A stretch of DNA of 61,486 nucleotides, filler included, from Choristocarpus tenellus KU-1152 (Eukaryota > Protista > Phaeophyceae), in the NCBI GenBank assembly GCA_964200185.2. It is 10 parts of 10 records of this genome, joined end to end, with 100 filler letters (N's around TTAATTAATTAA, not from the genome) between each part and the next. Parts side by side here need not be neighbours in the genome. Positions count along the whole stretch, not along the records: positions 21,110 to 36,509 come from CAXNAD020001004.1; positions 36,610 to 40,299 come from CAXNAD020018500.1; 8 more parts are not named here. The stretch is one strand, 5' to 3'. Of the stretch, positions 23,574 through 36,935 are shown piece by piece (within the stretch, counting starts at the first letter, position 1; the number at the start of each line of letters is the position of its first letter). A program made the translations under genes and the position numbers. Below the pieces are notes generated by a model, which worked only from the letters and a program-made list of their open reading frames with translations, was not told the origin of the DNA and searched no databases.

Positions 23574-26500
23574 ACATGCGTTGGGAACATGCTAATATCC
23601 TAACCCCTTACTATGAAAGGTATCTCTGTCCTCAAGAACCTCCGCCTGGATTGGACACTGTATCGAAGTGTGTCCACTTTGTACGACTCCTTCCATTTCT
23701 AGAGGACTGGGAGGCGTTTGAAGGCGAAACTGATATGTGGTGCACCAGTCAACAATTTCTCGTGAGCTGCCTATATGGGGTCCAAAACTCCTTTTAATTC
23801 TTCCCCTTCCCTTTTGGGTTGTCTACTGGGCAAGGGGCGCATTCCTTCAAGGGCAAGATTCCGAATTTGAGTGTGGATGTAGCCTGTCCAACCAAGAGCA
23901 ACCGAAACATTATGAGTCAAAGTAAACGAGAGGTATGCTTGGGTCTAAATTTTGCAATTCCTCAAGCTCCAGGACAAGTGAGAATCTATTGAAACTTCTC
24001 AGGTGCTTCCCATATATGTTGGGGAACGCCAGCAGTGCCTTGAAATATATATCCAGATATTGTTACTGGCCTCCTGTCAGTAATACTTGTAGGAAATTTT
24101 GACCCAGACCTGACCCTGAGAATCTTGGAATCAGTACTACTTGTACAGAACTTCCAAGCCTCGCATCATTTCTCATTTTTTATGGCCAATCTTCCTCAAG
24201 TTGTACAAAAAGCATGGGACTACAACAACTGGATACCAAAGAGTGTGTGATCCCCTAGGAAGAGCCACATTGTACCCAAGAGTAGAGCAATTTGAGTATA
24301 GGGTATGTAAATGCTATTGGTGCTTGCAGTATCTGTACGCAATACTTCCGATATTTTCACCTGATTTTTTTCAGTTCAACATTCACCTTTTAGTGTCCCA
24401 CCAGCCTCTATATATTGTAGTGCAACTTCTGAACAGTGTTGTGCATGTTGATTTTACATCTGAAGTAACCCGAGATTTCAAGCTGACATTGCTTCAAAAT
24501 ATGTTGCCTTGTTTTCTTGTATGTCCTTCAACGGTGGGCTATAATTGCCCTACTTGCTCTGATTTAGCACTCTCATGGCACTTCCGTGCACTGCTTGCCA
24601 GTAGTAAGTGATCAAAGAGAAAAAAATGACTGACTTGTTGCTGTGGTTTAGTTCTGCAGCTTAGCATGCTTTTGGAAGGCACAGCAAAGACAACAATGCT
24701 GTTATGCCCTATGTTATGTCGAAGAACAACTGCACCCTACAGTCACCCAAGACCTCCACTGCCACAGATTCAACGATAGCGCTTGATATCACGCTGATGC
24801 GAAATAGCAATGTATCAACACATGTTATGCTTGAAATTACTTATGTTAATAAGACGACTTCTGTGTCAACTCCAAATTTCTTAGAAACTTGAAAAAACGC
24901 CTTGAAATTTGGAGTTGATATTACTTTGGGTTTCTTGTGCCAGACAAACCTGCAAACACTGCTTATTTTGCCTCTATCACTATGCATACACAAAAGGTAC
25001 ATTTGTACAGAGCTATTAAAGTTCATCAGACTCACCATTGGTCATGTCTCAAAGTACTACCTAATATCAGAGAGAACAGCTCTTGCACAAACTACTTCAA
25101 TTATACTGCTGTTTATTTCAACTTGAATGGCATTTTCCCTCTGCATAATCTTCTATAGCTCTATTATTATAGTTTGCTAGCACAACAGCATATCACACAC
25201 AGAGGTACCACTCCATGCAATCCTAATATTTTCAACCTATTCACTATGACAGGATATTCTTGCTGGTGATTCTGAGGAACATGCCATCCTCCTTCACAAC
25301 TTCATCCTCCATCTCATCGTCATGAAGGAGGGTAGCTTTAGTCAAAACCAACGTCCAAATCACCGATCAGGGAGGCACACAGAGGTGAAGGGGAGAGTGA
25401 CTTTTTTTGGTGACAAATTTAGATATCTCTTCTTAACTTCCATACCCTCCACCTCGAACTGATGTGCATGTATCACATGATACATAAGGTGTGTTGCGCA
25501 GTAGTTTAGCTATCACAAGAATTCAGTGGTTTAATTGTGGTATTGATGGATGGAGACTACACCATGTGATGCTAGTGCGCAGCAGATTTTATCAACAGCT
25601 CTCTTGCTACCAAACTGGCACGGTCAGGAAATGCTGATCTCAAAACATCTACTACCAACTTGTGAAGCATCAAGTTCATGGATTGGGCGGTGAACAAGAG
25701 GGAGAAAAAGAAAAACTGAAAACTTCATTTTTTTTCTATATCATGTTGCGCTACACTGTGCCAAGTTTGTTGAATTGCGGTGTATTTTTCTGAAAAAAAA
25801 AATCAGTGGCAGGGTTCCAGATCACGACTGTTTGAATGCTCAAATGAAATAAGATATTATGAATGCAAGACTCTCATCGACCAACTGTTCATTCAATTTA
25901 TTGTGAGAGCAACATTCCATAATATAATCATAATGATAATATAATATAGAGCCAAATTATCTTAGAGGGTAGAGCCGCATCCATTTGGGGGCCAAAATCC
26001 AATGCTGCGATTTTGATGTAGTTTTGATGTAGTTTGACAATTGTATTTGATAGGAAGTGTCAATATCCTTGTTCTGGACACACCTTGTACATTTTACCAA
26101 CTCCGAAATCTTTTGGAGTAGGTAAAATATCATAAAAACCTCGAGGGAAGCCAAGCCCCAAATGGACAAACAGGGCAAACTCGTACCGTCTAAGATAATT
26201 TCACTCATAAGAAGTACAACATGTACCATTCTGTAGAGATTTCAGACTCCTGTCCTTTCATACAGAAAAGCAAACATTGGCCAGATATCAAGGTTGAGTG
26301 GCATGGTCTTCCATATAAAATGGAGGTGGCTCCCAAACCTCAAAAATTTGAAGTTCTACAATGTTAACACCTTCCAGCTCCATTGGCGCCACCGTCTGTT
26401 CAAGGTGTACATTGTCACTGGCCGGGCGATGCCTGAGGGTGACACAACCTATGTCATGGTCCAGAAATTGAACAAGTATGGAGAAGTACAGGCCACTCTT

Positions 26501-29500
26501 ATATGGAAACCCAGCACAGGGGAGGGATTTAGTGCAAGGGATAGAAGGTGTGGATATTGGAGGGACAATAATAGTGTACAAGGGTTTGATGGTGATACTA
26601 GATCAATCCTGCTCTCCTGTCTCAGCAAGGGTCTCAGGATGGTGCCCAATGCACATTGAGAAGAGCAGGACTGGCATTATACTGTCTGATAGTCTGTGCG
26701 CTGAGGATATTGAGTGTGCCAAGGATGAATACAATGCCTACATTTCTCGCTGGAAAAAATGTTGCAGATCTTAGCCGGGAAAACGAGTCGAAAGGTCAAT
26801 AGAGTGTGCTGTGAACAGGAAATAATTGGAGCCATTACAGGCTAGCCCAGCCCTCAACCTGATTGAAAAGCATCTGTGTTCCATTGTGTTCTCATGTTCT
26901 TGCAGTCCAACAGAAACACCGGCATGAAAATGCACCATACTCTTACTCATTTCTCAGGTGCCCTCTCATTGATGTCTACTGTGTAGTGAGTCCATATAAC
27001 ATATGGGCTAACATACAAAATGTGGGGCAAACATGTGATATGTCTCTTGATCTCATGGACAGTAAATGCTGGTGAGTACCACTGCCTGCCTTTGCCTTCT
27101 GTCAAGGAATCGTAAAAAGAACATGCGTCATGCTGTTGGCACTCTGGAGCAAGAAGCATTTCAGAGTACAACAATATGTAGAAGTAAGAACAAGCCATTC
27201 AATTTTTGGTCGATTTCACTCCAGATTCGAGAGCTTTGTATGCAATGGAGGGCCGATGTGTTGCAACATATTGGAATCGGAAAGCAAAAGTTCTCAAGCA
27301 GTCTAATCATTACAGAACACTGCAGTGGAAGGCTTGACACTTTATATCTGATAGAGTTTTTTCTTAAAGGCATACTTCGTTCATGCCCAAATTGAGTTTT
27401 GGCGGCTTACCACTAATAGGAATTGCCTCGAGAAACCTTGTGTGGAAATTTATTCAGCTACAATTTCTCTCTTCCTCACATTAGGTCATCCTATGTATGG
27501 CAACACCATTCTCATATTATCCAAAGAAATCTACTCTAAAGTAAGGAGAAACTAATGAACGGTGACCCCACACATGTCCTTTTCGACGTATGGCACAGAC
27601 CTTGTCAAGTCCTCTCCCCGATGATTCCCCCCCCCCCTCCCATTCCTCTACTACGCTCTCTCTTGCTACTGGGGCGACTGTGATGTTGTTCAGGGCCCCT
27701 TTCTTCACAGATCACAATCCAGCGCCCACACAAGGCTATACCACAGTCCAGGAGGACATTACTTACACACCAACAGAGCAATCGTTTGTGTATGAGGTTG
27801 AAGACTTGATCCGAGAGACAATCAAAAGAGATATGAGGTGCAGTCCATACTTTGCAAATTATGTTATTTTCAAATAGAGGGAACTCCCCATTCCCTACAG
27901 ATTTAAGAGTCAGGAAACCTACTTGTGAGTGCAAGTATCTTAGAGGGTACGATTTTTGCCCTGTTTATCCGTTTGGGGTTTGGCTTTGCACAGGTTGTTT
28001 AGACATTGTACCTACTCTGGAATGTTTCAGAGTAGGAAAAATGTATACGATATGAAAGGTGTGTCTGAACAAGGATATTGATACTTCCTAACAAACACGA
28101 TAGCCAAAATTACATCAAAATTGCAACATTGGATTTTGGCCCCCAAATGAACGCAGTTCTACCCTCTAAGATACTTTGACTCTTGTAAGGGCTGAATCTG
28201 TAATGGCTGAATCCCACCTTGTTGCACTCTTGTGTACCTCAGATGTGCTATTTTCATCAACCTTTGCTTCAAATAAATGTATGATATTATCAATACTCTG
28301 CACACTAGGCTCTCACTTGTGCATTCTTGTGTTGGAAGGCGACTAGGGAAAGGGTGAGTGATTCAGGGCTTGATTATTTTCTTTCTCCTTGGCTGCGAAT
28401 TTACTAATGCCCCCTTCCCTCTTTCATTCCCCTTGGTATTTTCTGGAAACATCCTGTCTGATCTTTTCTTCCCACAGACGCTGGCGCTCAATGCGGACAC
28501 ACACAGCCTTCAATTCAGATGTGTCCAACCGATTGGCAGAGCTTTTACCTCTCTTGGAAAAACAATCTTTGGTGAGGGGAAGAGGTGGTGGTGATAGGAC
28601 AACATGCAAAGCAAAGCATTGCTATCCTATTCACCAAGCAATAAAAGCGTACCATCAAAGACATATATATATATAACATGTATGAAGTTTGGGGTACAGT
28701 TGACCAAAAATCTGTTAGGGTTTTGATGTTTTCTTATTTCTCTCTCAACTTGTACAACGATGTCTTCAGCACCCTTGATCACCGTAATGTACCTATTCCT
28801 GCAGTAGTATTTCTGCTTCTGGTGGAACTTTCTATTGAAGTATCCTCAGAGCATGTGTAGTTGCATCCTTGAGATCACCCAAGAAGGTGCTGCCCTGTAT
28901 CCCTGTTGAATGCTCCAGACCACAAAGCACTTCCATACTTCCTGTTTTTAGTCATGTATTGGGTAAAATTATCTGGGGGTGGTGGTGGGGGGGAGTCTAC
29001 ACCAGGGTGTCCTTTCGGGCCCTGACCTGGAGAAGTGAACTTACACTATTCATCCGGTGCATGCAACCAAATCACCCAAAAATCGTGAGATGGAAAAATG
29101 GGCCCCCATTGGACAGCTACCCCCACCCCCAGATACTTTGAGCCATTGAACTCACACCATGGCAAAATTAACGTAACAGTTCTGTACGGCTATTTTGTTG
29201 TGCCTTTGGCGGCCAAGAATTGGGTTTTAGAACAACAAAAGCATGTATCCCCAGCACCCTTGCTACTGTGAAGTAACTAATCGAGCAGTTTACTTGGTGT
29301 TGAAAATATATACAATTATGGGGGATAATTTTTTTGTCGAGTCTTCTACTGGGTTTCTGATCGTCACTTTTAAAAAAAATCATCGAATTGCAACTGAGTG
29401 GGGCTGGCTACCCCGTAGTGTTCATGTGTGGCATCTGGATGTTCCCAATATACAGCTCACCGAGGTTGTGGTGATAAACGAGATAACATACTGCTGTAGG

Positions 29501-30143
29501 TCAAAGTACCAACTAGACATTATCAATGGAGGACAAGAAGTGGCAATTGGGGTGGCGACTGTCCATTTGGGGCCCATTTCTCCATGTCACGATTTTTGGG
29601 TGAATTTGGTTGCATGCAAATTTCCTTCCAATGTGGAAATCCAACTGAACTTTCCATCCCCTCTCCATATGGTTCAGGGAGAGATTCGCTTGGGAAAGGA
29701 AGAGCACCGACGCCGTCTCGAGAACACAATGCGCAGTCGGGGCCTAACGGGTGAGCTACATTTAAGAAAGTTCTACATACGTGCCAAGCTCGTTCTATGG
29801 TTAGACCGAACTGACAAAACAAACACATCATTGATGGAACCCAAGCACGCCCACAACTCTTAAGTGCATCCATTTGGAAGTCTAAGACAAAATACTATCT
29901 CAAAGCCTTGTACTCATCATGTGGTGCTTACAAACGGACACCTCCTTTTCCAAATACTCCACAGGCTTTGCACTGCATAGTGGTTTCACAGATGTGGAGA
30001 GTCTTGTCCAGCAGGTCAAAGCCACCAGACTACATGAATCAAAACACCCAGATGTACAGTTTGCTCTAGCTGTGCAAATATTTGCATACCCACAAAATGT
30101 TCTCTCAGTTTGGATTTACATGGCTGCTATCTTCCCACGTTGA
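23574..30143 (+). CDS. CC2D2A: CC2D2A/MKS6 ciliary transition-zone protein, C-terminal transglutaminase-like region (5' exons absent); exons 23574 or 23620-23761, 25253-25384, 26405-26547, 26958-27071, 27694-27837, 28478-28571, 29678-29750, 29965-30143
   Basis: RYLCPQEPP, FVRLLPF...DMWCTSQQFL|DILAGDSEEHAILLHNF, GRAMPEGDTTYV, WKPSTGE, CPL...NIWANIQ and FALAVQIFAYPQNVLSVWIY; all junctions are phase-compatible GT-AG. Confidence 0.92.
25949..26206 (+). mobile_element. MITE family A in a CC2D2A intron
   Basis: TIRs present; flanks share 3 bp (ATA). Confidence 0.9.
27927..28182 (-). mobile_element. MITE family A, inverted, TSD TTGT
   Basis: GAGTGCAAGTATCTTAGAGGGTAC...TACCCTCTAAGATACTTTGACTC flanked by TTGT/TTGT. 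Confidence 0.92.
28961..29144 (+). mobile_element. MITE family B in a CC2D2A intron (partial inverted copy at about 29550-29620)
   Basis: Family B internal motifs and right TIR CAGATACTTTGAGCC; flanks share 3 bp (ATT). Confidence 0.85.
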
Positions 30144-31679
30144 GGATGGTAAGATTTGTAGTTTGGAAAACTAAAATATTTCTGGATGTTAGTAGGTTTT
30201 TTCCAGACAAAATTTGACCATAATTAAATTGTGCATGAAACAATTCTACATTTGCTTGATATTCGGAGACTTCGTGTTGAAAGAAAGCTTGGAAGGCGGA
30301 GCCAACACCACAAGATGCTAATTGAGATAATGGCGCACCACTCAGGCACTTACAGTCTCTTCTATAAGGGTTCTGAGCCAGCACTTGGTACACCATTGCT
30401 GACCCTCTTCTAGAGGTCACTATTGTCTATTTGTGCATCCAACGTCCTCTTGGATTGCAATGGCAATATGAAGCTTTGTAAAGCACATTGTAAAACATGT
30501 TGCAACGGCAACATCAATCCTCCTGTATGACACAATTAACAATTAACTGCAAAACCTAAACATAGTGTTCATATGGTGCAGTGGTCACCCAATAGAACCC
30601 AATAGGTCACCCAATAGTGATGATCAGCTACATGATTGCGTTTAACACCTCATTTCCTCTAGAAAATATCAGTGCCTTTTGACGTAGCATTGGGAAAAAA
30701 TCCGACTCTTTGCGGAAAATACTTCATGTACTGATGTTATCCCATCTGTAATCAAACTCTATAGGAAATAGCATTGGCAGTGAGGATTGGCATAGTGAAA
30801 GCAGAAATTCACTTGGGATGCCCATATAATAATTTGCTAACATTCTTACACGACACATTTCAACGACTGGCCGCCCCTCTCTGCAGACAAGCATCTAAAG
30901 GTGAACACCTCTAAAACAGCACACATCGGATTATTTCACTCCATGAACAAATTCTTTTGAGTTTTACGAGTGGTCTAAGGAAAATCAAACTCAACCAGCA
31001 TTCAATGCCACGCACACATGCAAATACACTGGTCAAATCCCTGCACCTGCAACAAGCAGCAGCTATACCACTGTGGTTGCTACTCAATGCACTTTCTGAA
31101 CAGAATTGTCAAAATACAGATCAAATTACAACCACCACAATGCTTGCCTTTGACAATAGCAGAGAGTCCATAAAACTTGATACATGTAGAATTATTGTGT
31201 CATGTACATCATCAAGGGAGCTCATCTGGACCGTCTTACTTCTATGACTAACCATTCCGGGACCTCATACTCCATACAGGACCAGTAAGCAGGTATATTA
31301 TGTTAGCTATGGGTACAAGGGACTCCCTCCTCTGTAAAAATGGTAGAATATTCAAATGTACAACAACAAACACCCAGAATGGGTTAATACTGCAAATAGT
31401 CAAGACACCAGTCAGAAAAAAAGTTTTCGAAAGGAGATAGTCAACGAAATATGAAAAATGAATAACTTCGTCAACAAAAATACAACAAGTTACCCACCTC
31501 AAGGGTGTGTATCTACAATCAGGGCAGGAAGGCATCCAACCAGCAATACCTTGAGTAGGTGCCTCTAGGATTTTTCTTACCGACTCCTGTTATTTGTCCT
31601 ACCATTACCCTTGTAAGCAGTTCTACAACCATGTAGAGAATTTGAGTGGATGTATAAAACATAACAGCGTATTTCCAAC

Positions 31680-34600
31680 TCAAGAGTCTGGTCTGGAGAC
31701 CTCCAAGGCCATCATCACCAACTCTCTCTTGGTCATATCTGAGTCTTTGAACTCAGCTGAATGTGATACTCTGTCCACATTGCGGAGGACCACCTCAGCC
31801 CCAGCCAAGGAGAGGGCTTTCATCCCAAGCATTAACCCAAGCTGTAGCATTGCAAGTGGACCTAAATCTCCATCTCTCTCCACAGAGTTATCACAACCTG
31901 CAGACTGGGATAAAGTGTATTGTTGTACAGACAGGTGTTGGAATGAGAATACCAGTTGTTACAACACTGAGCTGAAATGTAGAGGTTTGTCCTGGTAGGA
32001 TTTTTGCCCTGTGACTTACAGTTGTTAGTCCTTTACAAGGCCCTCTATGTTCATCCCCCCATTACTTTTAGCCTTCCTTCCAAACAAATGGACAACTGAT
32101 GATCACTAAGTTTCTAGTTACAGTGTACCCTTCATTCTCTGCATGATAAATGAAGCAACCAAGGTACACACCATGTCCAACTACACTCCCTTCTCAGTCT
32201 CCTATACCACAACACACTCACCAAATATTCCACAAGCAAAGCCTCCGTCTGAGAAGTCAATTCTGGGATCAAAAATTCATCTGCAATAAGAGCAAGCTCT
32301 GCCATCTCCCTTGGCTGCATGAAAGGGTCCAGAACGGAGGTGTACAAGAATTTGAGCAGCAATCCAAGGGAACGCGTTGTGAGCAACGGAGATAGCAGTT
32401 CAATCTCCCTGAGGAAACTACCTGTGTTGCCAATCTCCCCAAGGGGATTCGTTAGCCCCCCCTCCCCGTTCTGTTGCCGGATGAAGTGGAACATGCCCGA
32501 GAACTTCTCTGACCTTGCGGCAAGCACCACACTATGGGCTGGGAAGCGATGACACCCCACCCCCTGTCCCAACACAGTACCTCTTGCAGCAGTTGAAGTG
32601 ACTGAGGCAGATGCAATCCCAGTAGAGGGGCAAGAGTTTCGAGAAGAGTGTGGCATCTCAGGGACAAGGTTTCGTATCTCTTGCTCCTCTCCCCCTGTAA
32701 ATGCTACTCCCCTCTTCACTCCATCAGACTTGACCTCATTGCAGTGGGGCAGGACAAGGACGACATCTGCTAGGGCCCCAGTACGTGTCAGCCAACCAAT
32801 GCCACTAGAAAATGAGGCAAAATTGGAGGCCAGTGGAGCAACCAACAACCCCCCTTCTGTATCACACGCAATAGTACAGTTCTTGTCACCAGGTGAGGAA
32901 CCAGATGGGGCAAAAGTAAAGTCATTCCACCCATGACCTTTCTTCTTTTCTTTTTCTTTTTCTACTGCTGTGAAACTCGTATTTGTAGTCCCTGACCCTT
33001 CCCTCTCAGTGGGCAGGGTGGTCTTGGCAATCATGGTACTCTGCTCAGCCTCCCCATCCTCCTCATTTCCAAATTTATTGCTGATAGCTGCAACAAGTGT
33101 ACAAGGGTAGATTGGGTTGGTGGAGAGAAACCTCGACTTGTCATCACCACTATGAGCAGTACGAAGACCTCTCTTTTGGCGCCCACAGGGCTCTACCTCT
33201 GCCTCGAGCGCTTCAGCCATGGCAAATGAGAGCAATTCTGCTCGCTCTGGTGGTGTGATATCTGCTGCCGAAGCACACCTGATCAGGGACAGTGTCCACA
33301 CCAAGATTCAAATCTTCACTATTCACCATGGGGCTAAAATCGAGGTCAAGAGGTGGGAGTCATGGGAGACCAAGTTGAGGTTGTAGTTGATCCAAAGTTA
33401 ATGCTTTGGTACAATACAAGTAATCGAGTTTAACATAGACTTGCCAAGCAAGAGTCCCAATGAAGCGGGGTGCAAAAACGTCATGTGGAGGTATGGGGTC
33501 CTTCTATATACAGAGGAGTAGTATGCAAGGGGATTCACACCTGCACCGAAAACATTCCATGTGTCCTCCTGCAAAGGATGTGACATTTTGATTAAAAGAG
33601 GAGTCACAAATATCTGAAATCTCACACTGCTTCAACTTTCTTTTCGAGCACACAATTTCCTCTTCTAAAATACAGATATTAGAGCTCTGTGTGCGTTCTT
33701 TGGGCAGCAGATGAAATATTGACCCCAAAAAGGGTCGCAACTACCTTTTTTGGACTACCTTATTTTTGTACTGCTTGTATGAAAAACAAACAAACTGAAA
33801 TTCAGGTCCTAGATTTTATACCAATAGCTGTGCAAGCATGGGGTTATCTCTAGGAGCCTAAAGATATGATGAGTCCTTTCAGTTGGGGTAGCATCATCGT
33901 GAGGTAATAAATAACTTGAATATAGAATAGGTACACCATACTGGAACAAGCTTTCCTGCTCTGGAACAAGTTTTCCTGCTCTGGAACAAGCTTTCCTGCT
34001 CTGGACCAAATACTTTCCTACAGGGCTTCTTCGACTTCATCTCCTAGCAAATTTGGTAGGGCCGTATCATATGGAAATTGATATCATACAGGGAACTGTA
34101 CACACCACAGATACTAAAGCTCAATGATATATGCTTCAAAAATATGCGCCTTTGGGTGACCATCATAATCCCTTGTAGGATACAGTCACATGTCCATATT
34201 TTTGAGGAGACATTAAAACAATAATAGAACAGCAATTTGTCTACATGCAGTGCACCACAGTGTGATTGAGACACAGCTCCTTTTGCCATGACCCATACCT
34301 TATTGGATCAAGTAGCAGTGGAACAAGTTCATTGAAGCATATGCCAAGTCTCCGCAAGGCCAGCCCAAACCTCTCCCCAGCAGCAATGGCTAGGCCGCCT
34401 CTCACCCAATTACCATTCTCCTTCTGGCGCTGTTCCGCCACCCTGGCCCCTAGCCTGACATCACACCAGGAGTAAGCAGGACCTGATCCTAAGAAACCTG
34501 TGCCAGCTAGGCGGGCAAGACCTCTCTTTACATCTGAAGAGTTGAGGCCCGGAACTCCAAGTTCTCGGCGCAGCTGAGATAACGGGAAGTGGCCGCAAGG

Positions 34601-36509
34601 CATCACATGATAATTCTGGAGTAGATACTATTGTGTATGGTGTAGGGACGCTTCAGATCTATTAGAGCTCTCTCATAGGAAGGGATGGTTCACCCACAGC
34701 CGAGTCAGGGATCTGACAGGGGGATGTTTAGGGATTGGTCCACAATATGCAGCAGACTGCCAACAGACATCCTACAATAGAGATAATGCCCATGAGCTAT
34801 CCACAGGGTCCAAAAAATATTTCAGTAATCGTGTACTTGATACCACAAATGCTACTTGTAGCAAGGTGATACACCAAGACATTCTTCAAACCTCAGGAGT
34901 TAGAAATAGCCTCATGAATGTAATTTTTTTCTTGTAGGAACCACACACACACGTGTCAAACAGGGTCTATGGTTAAAACACTCTGGCGTACCCTACTGCA
35001 CCAAGATTTATGAGTATCACTACTACATGGGCAACTTTATCACTAATACGACCATGCCTGGTCAGTGAAACAAACAAATTTGTATTCCCTCTTTAGCCAG
35101 CACACAATATCATCAACCTCCATCCACGACTTGCATTGCGTGTAAAAGTATATATTGATATAGAATCACGGGACTACCCCCCACCTTCATTACATCCTTG
35201 TAGGAACCGTTTGCCTGCAAAAAAAGGGTGCAGTAGCTCACTAGGTCCAAGGCCCCCAGGTCATGTGCCAAGCGCATCACTGTCTCAACTGAATTACGGT
35301 TTATCAACCCACTGGCGGCAATGGCATGCTCAGTCTGCCGCATCAATCTGCCAGCGGAAAATAGGAGAGAGAAAATACGCAGGGCGAACATAAGGGGGGT
35401 TGGCAGATCAATGTAGTACTTAGAACAGGATCACATGTGACTGTAATATGTGGGAGGGTATGCAGTGAAATTGAGTAAGATCATGGTCGTACAGTCGAGG
35501 AATGTGGGTGGGGCTGGGGGAAATGCAAGATGGAATGACAACGTGGTGAGGAGATACATGGGAGCAAGGGTGTGGAGGGGAAACCATCGAAGTAATGGAG
35601 CTGAAACAAAACCGGTTTTGTTACTGAGATCGATCTAACGGTTTCTAACAAAAGAACATCAATAAATCTGTACCTGCTATTATCGTATACAAGCTCAGGC
35701 TCCATGAATCAGTCAAAACAAACGAAGAAAGTCAAGCATTGATGGGCAGACTCTTGTGTGAATGGTGCCTTACAACAAACTACATTATTTCTTTGTGATA
35801 TGAGTGAAGATCTACCTCTTGATATTTACAGAGAATACCAACCAAGTTTAGCCATGGAAGAATGAAAGACAGATGGTGTGGAGGGTGAAGTCAGTTGCAA
35901 AATGCTGTGGTCATCGTCTCTACACCTTGGTATCTGCAGGCTAGCCGCTGCAGACATCAGCTCCAGCAGTTCATCGCCCCCTCCAGCTGGCGCTTGCCCT
36001 GAATATACATGCAACAGGATAGCTGACACAACTCCTGAGCCCCACTGCCGTACCCACACGTCCCCTGCCTCCTGTCCCCAGCCTACCATAGCCTCAGCCT
36101 CAAACTCTGCTGCATTTCCAACTTCAATCTGTTGACCTGACTCAAGGTTTAAAGGTGCTTGATGGGTTTCTTGTCTAATTTTTTCTTCTCCAAATTCACC
36201 TCCACCCCTCTCCTGGTCGCCTCTCTCCTCTCCCTCCGTAGTTGCTCCAGTAGTAGGATCAACAGGTCCATGCAAAGTTTTCTTTGGCGTCACAACATCA
36301 GCCCCATCACATGTTTGAGTAATCTCCTCTTCATTATCACCCTTGGGATGACCCAGCGCTAGTGTAGCAGAGGAAAGAAACAGATCGCGGAAGACTCCGC
36401 TGAAGGCCCCAAGTATACAAGCATGCGCAGGCAGGGAAGTTCCATCATCCAGCAACAGGTTAACATCACACTCCCCAAGGCCATTTACCAACCCTGGTCC
36501 GCTTCCTAC
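31680..36509 (-). CDS. Tandem BTB/POZ-domain protein, 5'-truncated by spacer; exons 36509-35926, 35347-35185, 34615-34299, 33278-32222, 31904-31680
   Basis: BTB1: CDVNLLLDDGTSLPAHACILGAFSGVFRDLF...AILLHVYSG. BTB2: ADVVLVL...FPAHSVVLAARSEKFSGMF...LLKFLYT...IADEFLIPEL. BACK-like helices follow each; junctions are in phase. Confidence 0.85.
33941..34010. repeat. 20-bp minisatellite CTGGAACAAGCTTTCCTGCT, about 3.5 copies (intronic)
   Basis: Head-to-tail copies with no spacers. Confidence 0.9.
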
Positions 36510-36688
36510 NNNNNNNNNNNNNNNNNNNNNNNNNNNNNNNNNNNNNNNNNNNNTTAATTAATTAANNNNNNNNNNNNNNNNNNNNNNNNNNNNNNNNNNN
36601 NNNNNNNNNCCCCCCCCAGATACTTTAAGCCATAGCTATAGGGCAAGTCTTGCGTAGAAGGCAATCATGAGCACATAAGATTCAAAGC

Positions 36689-36935
36689 ATTTAAGAGAGT
36701 AGGACCACGTCCTTTCGGGGTCATAAATCCCATGTTGCGATTTTGATTCATTTTGGCTATTGTATTTGTTAGCAAGTGTGAATATCCTTGCTCTGGACAC
36801 ACCTTTCATGGACATACGCATTTTAGGTAACTGTGTTCACACAGAAAACTGAACAAGGACATAAAAAACCGTGAGAAACCAAGCCCTGGACGGACAAACA
36901 GGGCAAAACTCCAACCCTCTTAAATACTTTGGGTC
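36689..36935 (+). mobile_element. Diverged MITE family A (family B end fragment at 36610-36631)
   Basis: Internal sequence alignable to A; ends ACCCTCTTAAATACTTTGGGTC. Confidence 0.8.

Noticed and set aside
33941-34010. CRISPR-like array
   Set aside because: Contiguous repeats without spacers, inside a eukaryotic intron, no cas genes.
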